Of a stretch of 32,000 nt of DNA, positions 24,551-32,000 are shown piece by piece; position 1 is the stretch's first letter; each line of letters opens with the position of its first letter. A program made the position numbers and the translations under genes. The notes below the pieces were generated by a model, which saw nothing but the letters and a program-made list of their open reading frames with translations, was not told the DNA's origin and did no database searches. Source of the DNA: Mycolicibacterium smegmatis (lineage in GTDB: Bacteria > Actinomycetota > Actinomycetes > Mycobacteriales > Mycobacteriaceae). The stretch spans positions 5,430,001 to 5,462,000 of the forward strand of contig NZ_LN831039.1 in assembly GCF_001457595.1 (NCBI RefSeq). Reading direction: 5' to 3'.

Positions 24551-24880
24551 TCAGAATTCGACCGGGCCTGATCGGCGTCTCTCCGCCGCCGACGGGTCCA
24601 CCGAGGCCTCGATCTTCAAAATTCGGCCGTCGCGGATGGTGAGAACCAGCACGGCGAACAGCCGCCGCTCGGCGAACGCGAGCAACACCGGCTGCCCCGC
24701 GGGTCCACTGACCAGCGTGGCGCCGCGCCCGAGGTAGCGCAGCAGGTTGACCGCGACGTCGTCGGCGCCGCGGTTGATCTGCCGCGGGAGGTCCGCACCG
24801 AGGATCGTGCCGGCGCCCCACACGGCGGGATCCAGCACTGCGGTCAGCGCCTGCAGATCAGCCGTCGCGCTTCCGCGGCG
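24551..24880 (-). pseudogene. 3' remnant of an ECF41/SigJ-like sigma factor (only the SnoaL/NTF2-like C-terminal domain)
   Basis: ADLQALTAVLDPAV...NRGADDVAVNLLRYLG...LTIRDGRILKIEASVDPS parallels the C-terminus of M. tuberculosis SigJ as I recall it. No sigma2 or sigma4 regions are present. Confidence 0.6.
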
Positions 24881-24888
24881 ACCGCAAC

Positions 24889-25401
24889 CGTGAGGTCGAA
24901 CAACTCGCGATGGAGTCCGCACTGCAATGGGTCAGCCTGCGTCCCAGCGCCTTCGTCTCGAACTTCCTCGGGATGTGGGCACCGCAGCTTCAGGCCGCCG
25001 ACGTGGTCGCCGGGCCCTACGCAACGGCATCGATGGCGCCCATTGCCGAGCACGACATCGCCGCCGTGGCCGCGCACGCGTTGCTCACCGATGATCTTGT
25101 CGGACAGAAGGTTCCGCTCACCGGCCCGCAGGCACTCACCAATGCCGACCTCGTCGACATCATCGGCGGTGTCCTCGGCCGCCCGCTGCGGTATCAAGAG
25201 ATACCCGCCGTTGCCGTGCGACAACGCTTCATCGCGCTGGGATTCCCGGCGGCATTCGCCGACGCCTACATCCAACTGCTGGCCGCCACCGTCGACAAAC
25301 CGGCGCTGGTGACACATGACGTCGAAAAGATCCTCGGCCGCCCGGCGACGACCTTCGCCGAAGCCGTGTCGACACACCGTGACCTGTTCGCGAAGCACTG
25401 A
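24889..25401 (+). pseudogene. 3' remnant of an NmrA-like / NAD(P)H-binding (atypical SDR) gene lacking the Rossmann N-terminus
   Basis: EVEQLAMESALQWVSLRPSAFVSNFLGMWAPQL...LTGPQALTNADLVDIIGGVLGRPLRY matches the middle and C-terminal part of NmrA-like proteins. There is no GxxGxxG segment. Track ORF 24910..25401. Confidence 0.65.
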
Positions 25402-25413
25402 AGGAGACGAGCC

Positions 25414-25855
25414 ATGTCCGAACTTCGTCCACCGGGTTACCTCAAGACACTCAACCGCGTGGTACGCGCCGTGCAGGCGCTCGGGATTCCGGCAGGCCCC
25501 TCGCAAGTCCTCACAGTGCCCGGCCGCAGAACAGGTAAGCCACGGAGCGCCGATGACACCGTTTCGCCACGAGGGTGCCCTGTACACCGTGGCCGGATAT
25601 CCCGGTGCCGACTGGGCAGCAAATGCGAGAGCCGCCGGCGCAGGCACCCTCACCCGCGGACGCAGGTCACGGCAAGTGAAGATCGTCGAGCTCAACCCGC
25701 ACGAGGCGGCGCCGGTGCTGCGCAGCTTCGCGGTGAAAGTGCCCGTCGGCGTGGGGTTTGCCAAACGCGCCGGCCTGGTGCGCGACGGTACACCCGACGA
25801 ATTCGCAGCGCTGGCAGGTCGACTCGCGGTGTTCCGGTTCGAACCGGCAGAGTGA
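25414..25855 (+). pseudogene. F420-dependent Ddn-family (PF04075-like) nitroreductase/quinone reductase, frameshifted
   Basis: The N-terminal 45 aa (MSELRPPGYLKTLNRVVRAVQALGIPAGPSQVLTVPGRRTGKPRS) are in frame 1. The continuation (APMTPFRHEGALYTVAGYPGADWAANARAAGAGTL...) is in frame 2. The switch falls at about 25546-25553. Confidence 0.65.
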
Positions 25856-26132
25856 GTCCGGTTTTGATTCGCCTCTATCGAAAGGGCGCACACCGCAAGG
25901 ATTTCCAACACCTGCGAAGAGCACATGCCTGATCATCTGCGCACGGTCGACCGCAGCCGTCACGGAGCGGTCACGAAGCCTGCCGACCTTTGACTTTCAC
26001 ACCGTAACCCCCATAACGTGTTTCAGACAACAAGGACCACGGTTTGGGTCGCCGTGCTTGGTGTGAGCCCTCTTCGGCCGTCGGGCGCGGTATGACCGTG
26101 GTTTGCTGCGCTACGAAACGAACGAGGTCACG

Positions 26133-27038
26133 ATGAAAACCCGCACCGCCCGCTCGTCGACAACTCTCCGCCGCACCCTGCTCGCATGTGCGATGTCCTT
26201 TGCCGTCGTCGCGGTCGGCGCCTGTTCCACCACCGAGCCAGGCACCGGGAATCCCGGCGGTGAGGGCAGCACCCTCGACCGGATCAAGGCCGACAAGAAG
26301 ATCAACGTCGGCTTCGCCAACGAGCGGCCGTACGCCTACCGCGAGAACGGCCAACTGGTCGGTGAGGACCCCGCGATCCACGGCCACATCTTCAACGAGA
26401 TCGGTGGCATCACCCTCGAGCCGCACCTGTTCGAGTTCGGTTCGCTGATTCAGGCGCTCAACTCCGAGCGCGTCGACGTGGTCACCGCGGGCATGTTCAT
26501 CACCCCGCAGCGCTGTGAGCAGGCGGCGTTCAGCAACCCGGTGTATGTGGCCACCACCTCGCTGCTGGTCCCATCGGGCAACCCGAAGGGGCTGAGTGAC
26601 TACGCGTCGGTGGCCAACGGTGACGCCCGCCTGGCGGTCATGAACGGCGCCGTGGAGGTCGAGCAGGCGAAAGGATCGGGTGTTCCTGATGACCGCCTGC
26701 AGATCGTCGCCGACCAGCAGGCGGGTCTGGACGCGGTCAAGACCGGCCGCGCCGACGCGTTCGCGCTGACCAGCATCTCGTTGCGGGCGCTGGCGGCCAA
26801 CGACAACAGCGTGGAGGTCGCTGACGCGTTCGTCCCAGTCATCGACGGCAAGGAACAGGTCGGCGCGGGCGCAGCCGTGTTCCGGAAGAACGACACCGCG
26901 CTGCGCGAAGCCTTCAACGAGAAGCTTGCCGAGCTGATCCAGAGCCCGAAGTGGCTTGAGCTGGTCGAACCCTACGGGTTCACCGAAGCCGAGCGCCCCG
27001 ATCCCGGCCTGACCGCAGAAGAGCTCTGCCAGGGCTGA
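26133..27038 (+). CDS. ehuB: ABC transporter substrate-binding lipoprotein, ectoine/hydroxyectoine (EhuB)-like
   Basis: Lipobox AVVAVGAC; polar-amino-acid-type SBP fold. The specific substrate is inferred from the EhuB/C/D/A-like gene set. Confidence 0.7.
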   Translation: MKTRTARSSTTLRRTLLACAMSFAVVAVGACSTTEPGTGNPGGEGSTLDRIKADKKINVGFANERPYAYRENGQLVGEDPAIHGHIFNEIGGITLEPHLFEFGSLIQALNSERVDVVTAGMFITPQRCEQAAFSNPVYVATTSLLVPSGNPKGLSDYASVANGDARLAVMNGAVEVEQAKGSGVPDDRLQIVADQQAGLDAVKTGRADAFALTSISLRALAANDNSVEVADAFVPVIDGKEQVGAGAAVFRKNDTALREAFNEKLAELIQSPKWLELVEPYGFTEAERPDPGLTAEELCQG

Positions 27039-27042
27039 GCCG

Positions 27043-27741
27043 TTGCTCGACAAACTCATCGACGCCGCACCGCTGTTCCTGCAGGGCGCCGGGGTGACCA
27101 TGCTGTACACGGTGCTGGGTGCACTCGCGGCTCTGGTGGTGTCCTTCGTATTCGGCCTGATGTCGCTGTCGGGCTCGGTGGCGGCGCGCGGCTTCAGCCG
27201 GGTGGTGGTCGAGTTCTTCCGCGGCACCTCCCTGGTGATCCAGCTGCTGTGGATCTTCTTCGTACTGCCGCAACTGGGCCTGCGCTTCGAGCCGATGGCG
27301 GCCGCGACCCTCGCGTTCGGGCTCAACTTCGGCGCGTACGGCGCCGAGGTGGTCCGCGGCGCGATCGCCTCGGTGCCCAGCACGCAGTGGGAGGCAACCG
27401 TCGCCCTGGGTCTGGGCCGCTTCCGGCGGATGCGTCGCGTCATCCTGCCGCAGGCGCTGCCGGAGATGGTGCCGCCCTTCGGCAACCTGTGGATCCAGAT
27501 ACTCAAGAGCTCGTCGCTGCTGTATCTCATCGGCATCACCGAGCTGACCTTCGAGGTCAAGCAATTGCAGTTCGACGTGGGCAGCATGGCGGCGTTCAGC
27601 ATCGCGCTGGTGGTGTATTTCGTGCTGGCACAGGTCCTGGTTGCCGTGACCCGCTTCGTGGAAGCCCGCGCGGCCGCCGGCGTGGGGCGTCGGCCGAAGG
27701 CCGTGGTCGTCGAGGCAGAGCCGGTGGTGACCGGCCGATGA
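27043..27741 (+). CDS. ehuC: ABC transporter permease (EhuC-like)
   Basis: TTG start. His/Glu/Gln/Arg-type permease with EAA-like loop (ALGLGRFRRMRRVILPQALP). Confidence 0.75.
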   Translation: MLDKLIDAAPLFLQGAGVTMLYTVLGALAALVVSFVFGLMSLSGSVAARGFSRVVVEFFRGTSLVIQLLWIFFVLPQLGLRFEPMAAATLAFGLNFGAYGAEVVRGAIASVPSTQWEATVALGLGRFRRMRRVILPQALPEMVPPFGNLWIQILKSSSLLYLIGITELTFEVKQLQFDVGSMAAFSIALVVYFVLAQVLVAVTRFVEARAAAGVGRRPKAVVVEAEPVVTGR

Positions 27742-28406
27742 ACACCGAACGCAGCCTGTGGAACTGGGACTACGCACACGAGGTGCTGCCGGGCCTGGTC
27801 GCCGCCTTCTTCAAGTTCACCCTCGGCATCACGGCTGCGTCATCGCTCGTCGCGATCGTGCTGGGCCTCGTGCTGGTCCTGGGCCGGCGATCCGGGGCCC
27901 GGTGGATCTCCTGGCCGTCCTACGCCGTCGTCGAGTTCATCCGCAGCACCCCGATCCCGATCCAGCTGTTCTTCGTCTACTTCGGACTGCCCGTCGTCGG
28001 AATCCGGCCCAGCGCACTGGTGACCGGTATCGCGGTGCTCGGGGTGCACTACGCCTGCTACATGTCGGAGGTGTATCGCGCCGGCATCGACGCGATTCCC
28101 CAAGGGCAGTGGGAGGCGTGCACCGCGTTGTCACTGTCGCCGTACCGCACGTGGCGCGCGGTGGTTCTGCCGCAGGTGGTGCGCCGGATCTTGCCGTCGA
28201 CGGGTAATCAGGTGATCGCGCTGTTCAAGGAAACCCCGTTCCTGATCGTCATCGGTGTCCTGGAGATGGTCACGGTGGCCAACCAGTTCGGCGGCCAGAA
28301 CTACCGGTACATCGAACCGATCACCATCGCGGGCCTGATCTTCCTGGCCGCGAGCTACCCCACCTCCGTGCTCATGAGGAAACTGGAGATCCGCGTTGCC
28401 CGCTGA
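27738..28406 (+). CDS. ehuD: ABC transporter permease (EhuD-like)
   Basis: ATG 27738 overlaps the ehuC stop (ATGA). EAA-like loop ALSLSPYRTWRAVVLPQVVR. It is the 3' part of track ORF 27249..28406. Confidence 0.75.
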   Translation: MNTERSLWNWDYAHEVLPGLVAAFFKFTLGITAASSLVAIVLGLVLVLGRRSGARWISWPSYAVVEFIRSTPIPIQLFFVYFGLPVVGIRPSALVTGIAVLGVHYACYMSEVYRAGIDAIPQGQWEACTALSLSPYRTWRAVVLPQVVRRILPSTGNQVIALFKETPFLIVIGVLEMVTVANQFGGQNYRYIEPITIAGLIFLAASYPTSVLMRKLEIRVAR

Positions 28407-29187
28407 GAATTCGCCGCACCCCATGGTGCGTTTCGAGAACGTCGTCAAACGTTTCGGCGACAAGACGGTCCTGGACGGGATGAATTTCTCCGTCGCCCCC
28501 GGCGAGCGGGTCACGCTCATCGGGCCGTCGGGTTCCGGCAAGACCACGATCCTGCGACTGCTGATGACGCTCGAACGGGTCACCGACGGAGTCATCTGGG
28601 TCGACGGCGAGCCCTTCACCCATGAGCGGCGCGGCGACCGCCTGGCGCCGGCCTCGGAGAAGTACCTGCGCCGTGCCCGGCGACGCATCGGCATGGTGTT
28701 CCAGCAGTTCAACCTGTTCCCCAACATGACGGTGATCGAAAACCTCATGGAGGCACCGGTTTCGGTGCTCGGGCTGAGCAAAGAACAGGCACGTGCCCGC
28801 GGTACCGAACTGCTCGACAAGGTCGGCATGACCGACTTCGTCGACGCGCATCCCACCACCCTGTCGGGTGGTCAGCAGCAGCGCGTCGCGATCGCGCGGG
28901 CATTGGCGATGGAGCCCGACATCCTGCTGCTCGACGAGGTCACCTCCGCTCTCGATCCGGAGCTGGTGGTCGACGTGCTCGGAGTCTTGCGCGACATCGC
29001 CGACACCACCGACATCACGATGCTGATCGTCACCCACGAGATGCACTTCGCCCGCGATGTCTCCGACCGCGTGCTCATGTTCGACAAAGGGGTGATCATC
29101 GAAGACGGCCCGCCGTCGAAGATCTTCAACGAACCCGAGCACGAGCGCACCCGCACGTTCCTGCGGGCTGTGCTCGAAGAGCGGTAG
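28396..29187 (+). CDS. ehuA: ABC transporter ATP-binding protein (EhuA-like)
   Basis: Walker A GPSGSGKT, signature LSGGQQQR, Walker B LLLDE. Start is TTG 28396 (overlapping ehuD) or ATG 28423. Confidence 0.85.
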   Translation: MPAENSPHPMVRFENVVKRFGDKTVLDGMNFSVAPGERVTLIGPSGSGKTTILRLLMTLERVTDGVIWVDGEPFTHERRGDRLAPASEKYLRRARRRIGMVFQQFNLFPNMTVIENLMEAPVSVLGLSKEQARARGTELLDKVGMTDFVDAHPTTLSGGQQQRVAIARALAMEPDILLLDEVTSALDPELVVDVLGVLRDIADTTDITMLIVTHEMHFARDVSDRVLMFDKGVIIEDGPPSKIFNEPEHERTRTFLRAVLEER

Positions 29188-29190
29188 CGC

Positions 29191-31698
29191 TCACTCGCTC
29201 CTGCGCGCGGCGGGCAGGTCGATTTCGACGGTCAGCCCACCACCGGGCGTCTCGGCCATCGAGATCCTGCCGCCCATCGCTTCGACCAGCCCGGAAGCAA
29301 CCGGAAGTCCGAGCCCCACACCGATGTTCGCATCATCGCGGCCGAGTCGTTGGAACGGTGCGAACGCCTCGTGCTCGCTTCCGCGAGGGATACCCGGCCC
29401 ACTGTCGACGACGGCGATCAGCACCCGATCGTCCACCTGGCCGGCGGTCACCCGCACGACACCACTGTCGCCGGCCGAGTCGCCATCCGGGTCGCCGTAG
29501 CGCAGAGAGTTCGTCAGCAGGTTGCCGAGAACACGTCCGAGCAGCTCGCCGTCGGCAAGCACGGCGGTCCCGTCGACGTCCACATGAACCCGACGGGCGT
29601 CTGGACCGATGTCGCGCAAGACATGCTCCACCGCGTCGCGCAGGTCGACGGGCCGCAATTCCGGGCGAATCGCGCCGGTGGCCAGACACGACGAATCGAG
29701 CAAATTGACCACCAGCACCGAGAGTTCGTCGACCGACTTTTCGGCGGCCGCCAGAAGCTCGACCGTGTCGTCGGGCGGCGGATTGTCGTGTGCCGCACCC
29801 GCGATGGCCGCTTTCGCCGTCACCAACGGCGTACGCAGATTGTGAGTGATCGCGGACTGGATTGAGCTGCGCAGCTTCTCGGCCTCGGTGTCGAACTTGA
29901 TGGCCTCGTCGGCCTGTCTGCGCTTCTTGACCAGGCTCACGGCCTGTTCGGCGACCGCGTTGAGTACGCGACGGTCGTGCGAGGTGAGGTCCGGGCCGGC
30001 CAAGAGCAGCCAGTACTCGTCGTCGCCGATCTCGATGGTGGTGTCAGCCTCATCGATGTCGGTGCACGGGTTGGCGCCGGCATGGGCGAGCACCTCACCG
30101 GTGCGGCCTCGAAGCAGGCTCACCGAGCGCTGCGCGTAGGTCTCGCGGACCCGTTCGAGCAAGGCACCCGGATCGGCGTCGCGCAGCACTCCGTCGGCGA
30201 ACAACGCCAGTAGTTCGGCGTTTTGCGACGCGCGCCGCGCGGCGCGGGAGTGCCGGGCGGTTTGGTCGACCAGGCCGGCAACAGCGATCGCCAGACCCAG
30301 CAGCACACCTGTCGTGAGAGCGCTGTCGGCCCCGGCGACCGCGAACGAGTTGCGCGGTTCGATGAGGAAGTAGGTGATCAACACCCCCGAGAGCACCGCC
30401 GACAGCGCCGCGCGCGCGATGCCGCCCAGCAGCGCGATCATCAGCACGCCGGCAACGAACAGCGCGGTCTGTGTGCCCACGCCCAGCGGGGGCACGGCCA
30501 GTAACAATGCGCAAATCGCCGGTGGGAGCGCCACCGCGGCCAGCCAGCCGGTCACCGATGCGCCGGGGCCGACGCGAGGTTTGGAGATGCCGGTCCCGGC
30601 TTCTTCGTGGGTGACGACGTGGACGTCCAGTGGGCCGGACCGTTGCACGACGGTCGCGGTGATGCCCTCGTCGAAGAATCGGGCCAGCCGGGACCGTCGC
30701 GACGTGCCGACCACCAATTGCGTGGCGTTGACGTCGCGCGCGAAGTCGATCAACGTGGCCGCGACATCGTCGCCGATGACGGTGTGCAGCGTCGCCCCCA
30801 GGCTGGCGGCCAGGTCCCGCAGGACCCGCTTCTGCTGTGCCGAGGTGACCGTCAGACCGTCGCCCCGCACGACGTGCACGACCTTGAGGTCGGCGCCGGT
30901 GCGGGAGGCGATCAGCGACGCGCGGCGCACCTGAGTTTCCGACCCGGGGCCGCCGGTCACCCCGACCACCACCCGCTCGCGCGGTTTCCACGTATCGGGA
31001 ATCTTGTTGGCGGACCGGTACTTTTCCAATGCCGCGTCGACCTGGTCCGCCAGCCACAGCAACGCCAACTGCCGCAGCGCGGTCAGGTTCTCGGGCCGGA
31101 AGTAATTGGACAGCGCGGCATCCACACGTTCGCGCGGATAGATGTTTCCGTGGGCAAGTCTACGCCGCAACGCTTCCGGAGTGATGTCCACCAACTCGAT
31201 CTGGTCGGCGGCACGCACCACCTCGTCGGGGATCCGGTCGGGTTCATCGACGCCGGTGATCTGCCCGGCCAGATCGGCCACGCTCTCCAGGTTCTGGATG
31301 TTGACCGTACTGATCACCGTGATCCCGGCGTTGAGCAACTCCTCGACGTCCTGCCAGCGTTTGGGGTTCCTGCTGCCGGGGGCGTTGGTATGGGCGAGGT
31401 CGTCGACCAGGACCACTTTGGGCCGCCGCATGAGCAGCGCCGGCACGTCGATCTCCTGGTACTCGGTCCCCTCGTGCTCCACGATGAGCGGCGGGATGAC
31501 GTCGATGCTTGCGAGCAGTTGGCCGACCTTGCGGCGGCCGTGCGTGTCGACCATGGCCGCGACCACGTCGGTACCACGCTCCATCCGCCGGTGCGCCTCG
31601 GCGAGCATCGAGTACGTCTTGCCGACGCCGGGCGCAGCGCCGAGGTAAATCCGCAGGTCACCTACTTTGCGGCTGAGCAATCCCATACGTGTGTTCAT
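29191..31698 (-). CDS. kdpD: KdpD-type sensor histidine kinase (KdpD N-domain + Usp + TM + HisKA/HATPase)
   Basis: LRIYLGAAPGVGKTYSMLAEAHRR is the KdpD P-loop domain. H-box ITHNLRTPL, N-box LLTNSLRYG, G-boxes DSGPGIP and GVGLGL. Start uncertain (31698, 31686 or 31752). Confidence 0.88.
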   Translation of the reverse strand: MNTRMGLLSRKVGDLRIYLGAAPGVGKTYSMLAEAHRRMERGTDVVAAMVDTHGRRKVGQLLASIDVIPPLIVEHEGTEYQEIDVPALLMRRPKVVLVDDLAHTNAPGSRNPKRWQDVEELLNAGITVISTVNIQNLESVADLAGQITGVDEPDRIPDEVVRAADQIELVDITPEALRRRLAHGNIYPRERVDAALSNYFRPENLTALRQLALLWLADQVDAALEKYRSANKIPDTWKPRERVVVGVTGGPGSETQVRRASLIASRTGADLKVVHVVRGDGLTVTSAQQKRVLRDLAASLGATLHTVIGDDVAATLIDFARDVNATQLVVGTSRRSRLARFFDEGITATVVQRSGPLDVHVVTHEEAGTGISKPRVGPGASVTGWLAAVALPPAICALLLAVPPLGVGTQTALFVAGVLMIALLGGIARAALSAVLSGVLITYFLIEPRNSFAVAGADSALTTGVLLGLAIAVAGLVDQTARHSRAARRASQNAELLALFADGVLRDADPGALLERVRETYAQRSVSLLRGRTGEVLAHAGANPCTDIDEADTTIEIGDDEYWLLLAGPDLTSHDRRVLNAVAEQAVSLVKKRRQADEAIKFDTEAEKLRSSIQSAITHNLRTPLVTAKAAIAGAAHDNPPPDDTVELLAAAEKSVDELSVLVVNLLDSSCLATGAIRPELRPVDLRDAVEHVLRDIGPDARRVHVDVDGTAVLADGELLGRVLGNLLTNSLRYGDPDGDSAGDSGVVRVTAGQVDDRVLIAVVDSGPGIPRGSEHEAFAPFQRLGRDDANIGVGLGLPVASGLVEAMGGRISMAETPGGGLTVEIDLPAARRSE

Positions 31699-31802
31699 CC
31701 CCCTGGCCGTCGGTCCACGCGGGGCGCGGATCACGGTGGACGTTTGCCCCATTGTCGTCGGGGCGGATCAGCGACCACGGTCGAACGGCGAAATTCGTGG
31801 TC

Positions 31803-32000
31803 TCATGGGTACGCCCTGAACTCGTCGGCGAAGGAATCTTCGGTGAATCGAACGACCTGCTGGCGCGCGCGGTTGACGACCGTACGGAAAACATCGGGAC
31901 GGGTGTAATGGCCGGTGGGATCGAAGTTGAGCCGCTCGGCGTACACCCGGTCGAGATCCAGTTCGGCGACGATCACACCCTCTTCATCCGCCAGCGGCGG
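31803..32000 (-). CDS. 3' end of a nitrilase/carbon-nitrogen hydrolase superfamily gene (partial; continues beyond the window)
   Basis: Hand translation of the minus strand gives ...PPLADEEGVIVAELDLDRVYAERLNFDPTGHYTRPDVFRTVVNRARQQVVRFTEDSFADEFRAYP*. The D..GHY.RPDVF segment is typical of nitrilase/cyanide-hydratase-branch C-termini. It is absent from the ORF track because no start lies in the window. Confidence 0.55.
   Translation of the reverse strand, partial: PPLADEEGVIVAELDLDRVYAERLNFDPTGHYTRPDVFRTVVNRARQQVVRFTEDSFADEFRAYP

Noticed and set aside
25971-27779. 602-aa minus-strand ORF, the longest in that region
   Set aside because: It is antisense to three well-supported ABC transporter genes (ehuB, ehuC, ehuD). 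Its sequence is Arg/Ala/Gly/Thr-rich with no motifs. This is a typical shadow ORF in GC-rich DNA.
30607-31908. 433-aa plus-strand ORF opposite kdpD
   Set aside because: A shadow ORF with biased composition. The minus frame contains all KdpD and histidine-kinase motifs.
1-32000. Search for tRNA, rRNA, CRISPR arrays, IS/transposase, integrase, toxin-antitoxin or known defence-system genes
   Set aside because: No cloverleaf-like or rRNA-like segments, no repeat-spacer arrays, and no ORF with transposase, integrase or nuclease/ATPase defence signatures were recognisable. The window's apparent plasticity shows up as deletions and frameshifts rather than mobile elements.

Overview
Visibly GC-rich, gene-dense actinobacterial chromosome with mycobacterial coding style: GTG/TTG starts, 4-bp ATGA/GTGA gene overlaps, and GC-rich hairpins without U-tracts between convergent genes. 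From memory of the protein sequences, positions 1397-5277 match the Mycolicibacterium smegmatis inducible acetamidase regulon (amiC / amiA-amiD-amiS-amiE). The rest is an accessory-type metabolic neighbourhood:
- two TetR-controlled units (alpha/beta hydrolase; MFS + acyl-CoA ligase + DinB-like enzyme)
- a Tat-signal GH16 glucanase
- a secreted PE-PPE-domain serine hydrolase with a long charged tail
- a GNAT and two divergent methyltransferases
- a secreted protein built from about 15 tandem V-N-V-P-D pentapeptides
- a second, Tat-signal acetamidase/formamidase paralogue downstream of an FNT channel-cyanase pair
- a two-gene hypothetical cassette and an amidohydrolase_2 enzyme
- an EhuBCDA-like ABC importer
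- a KdpD-like histidine kinase with no adjacent response regulator or kdpFABC
- the 3' end of a nitrilase-family gene

I found no rRNA, tRNA, CRISPR array, transposase, integrase or recognisable defence system.

The points most worth a second look:
1. The FNT-cyanase-exported amidase module, including an apparent 1-nt frameshift in the FNT 5' end.
2. A roughly 1.3-kb patch of gene decay. It holds a head-to-head deletion scar joining the 3' halves of an ECF41/SigJ-like sigma gene and an NmrA-like gene, followed by a frameshifted Ddn-family gene.
3. The secreted pentapeptide-repeat protein, encoded by 15 x 15 bp tandem DNA repeats.
4. Twin 58-bp palindromic intergenic elements.
5. A perfect 14-bp AT palindrome inside a near-consensus promoter.
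6. An orphan Excalibur-domain remnant.
7. The orphan KdpD-like kinase.

All family assignments come from motif recognition by eye and need database confirmation.
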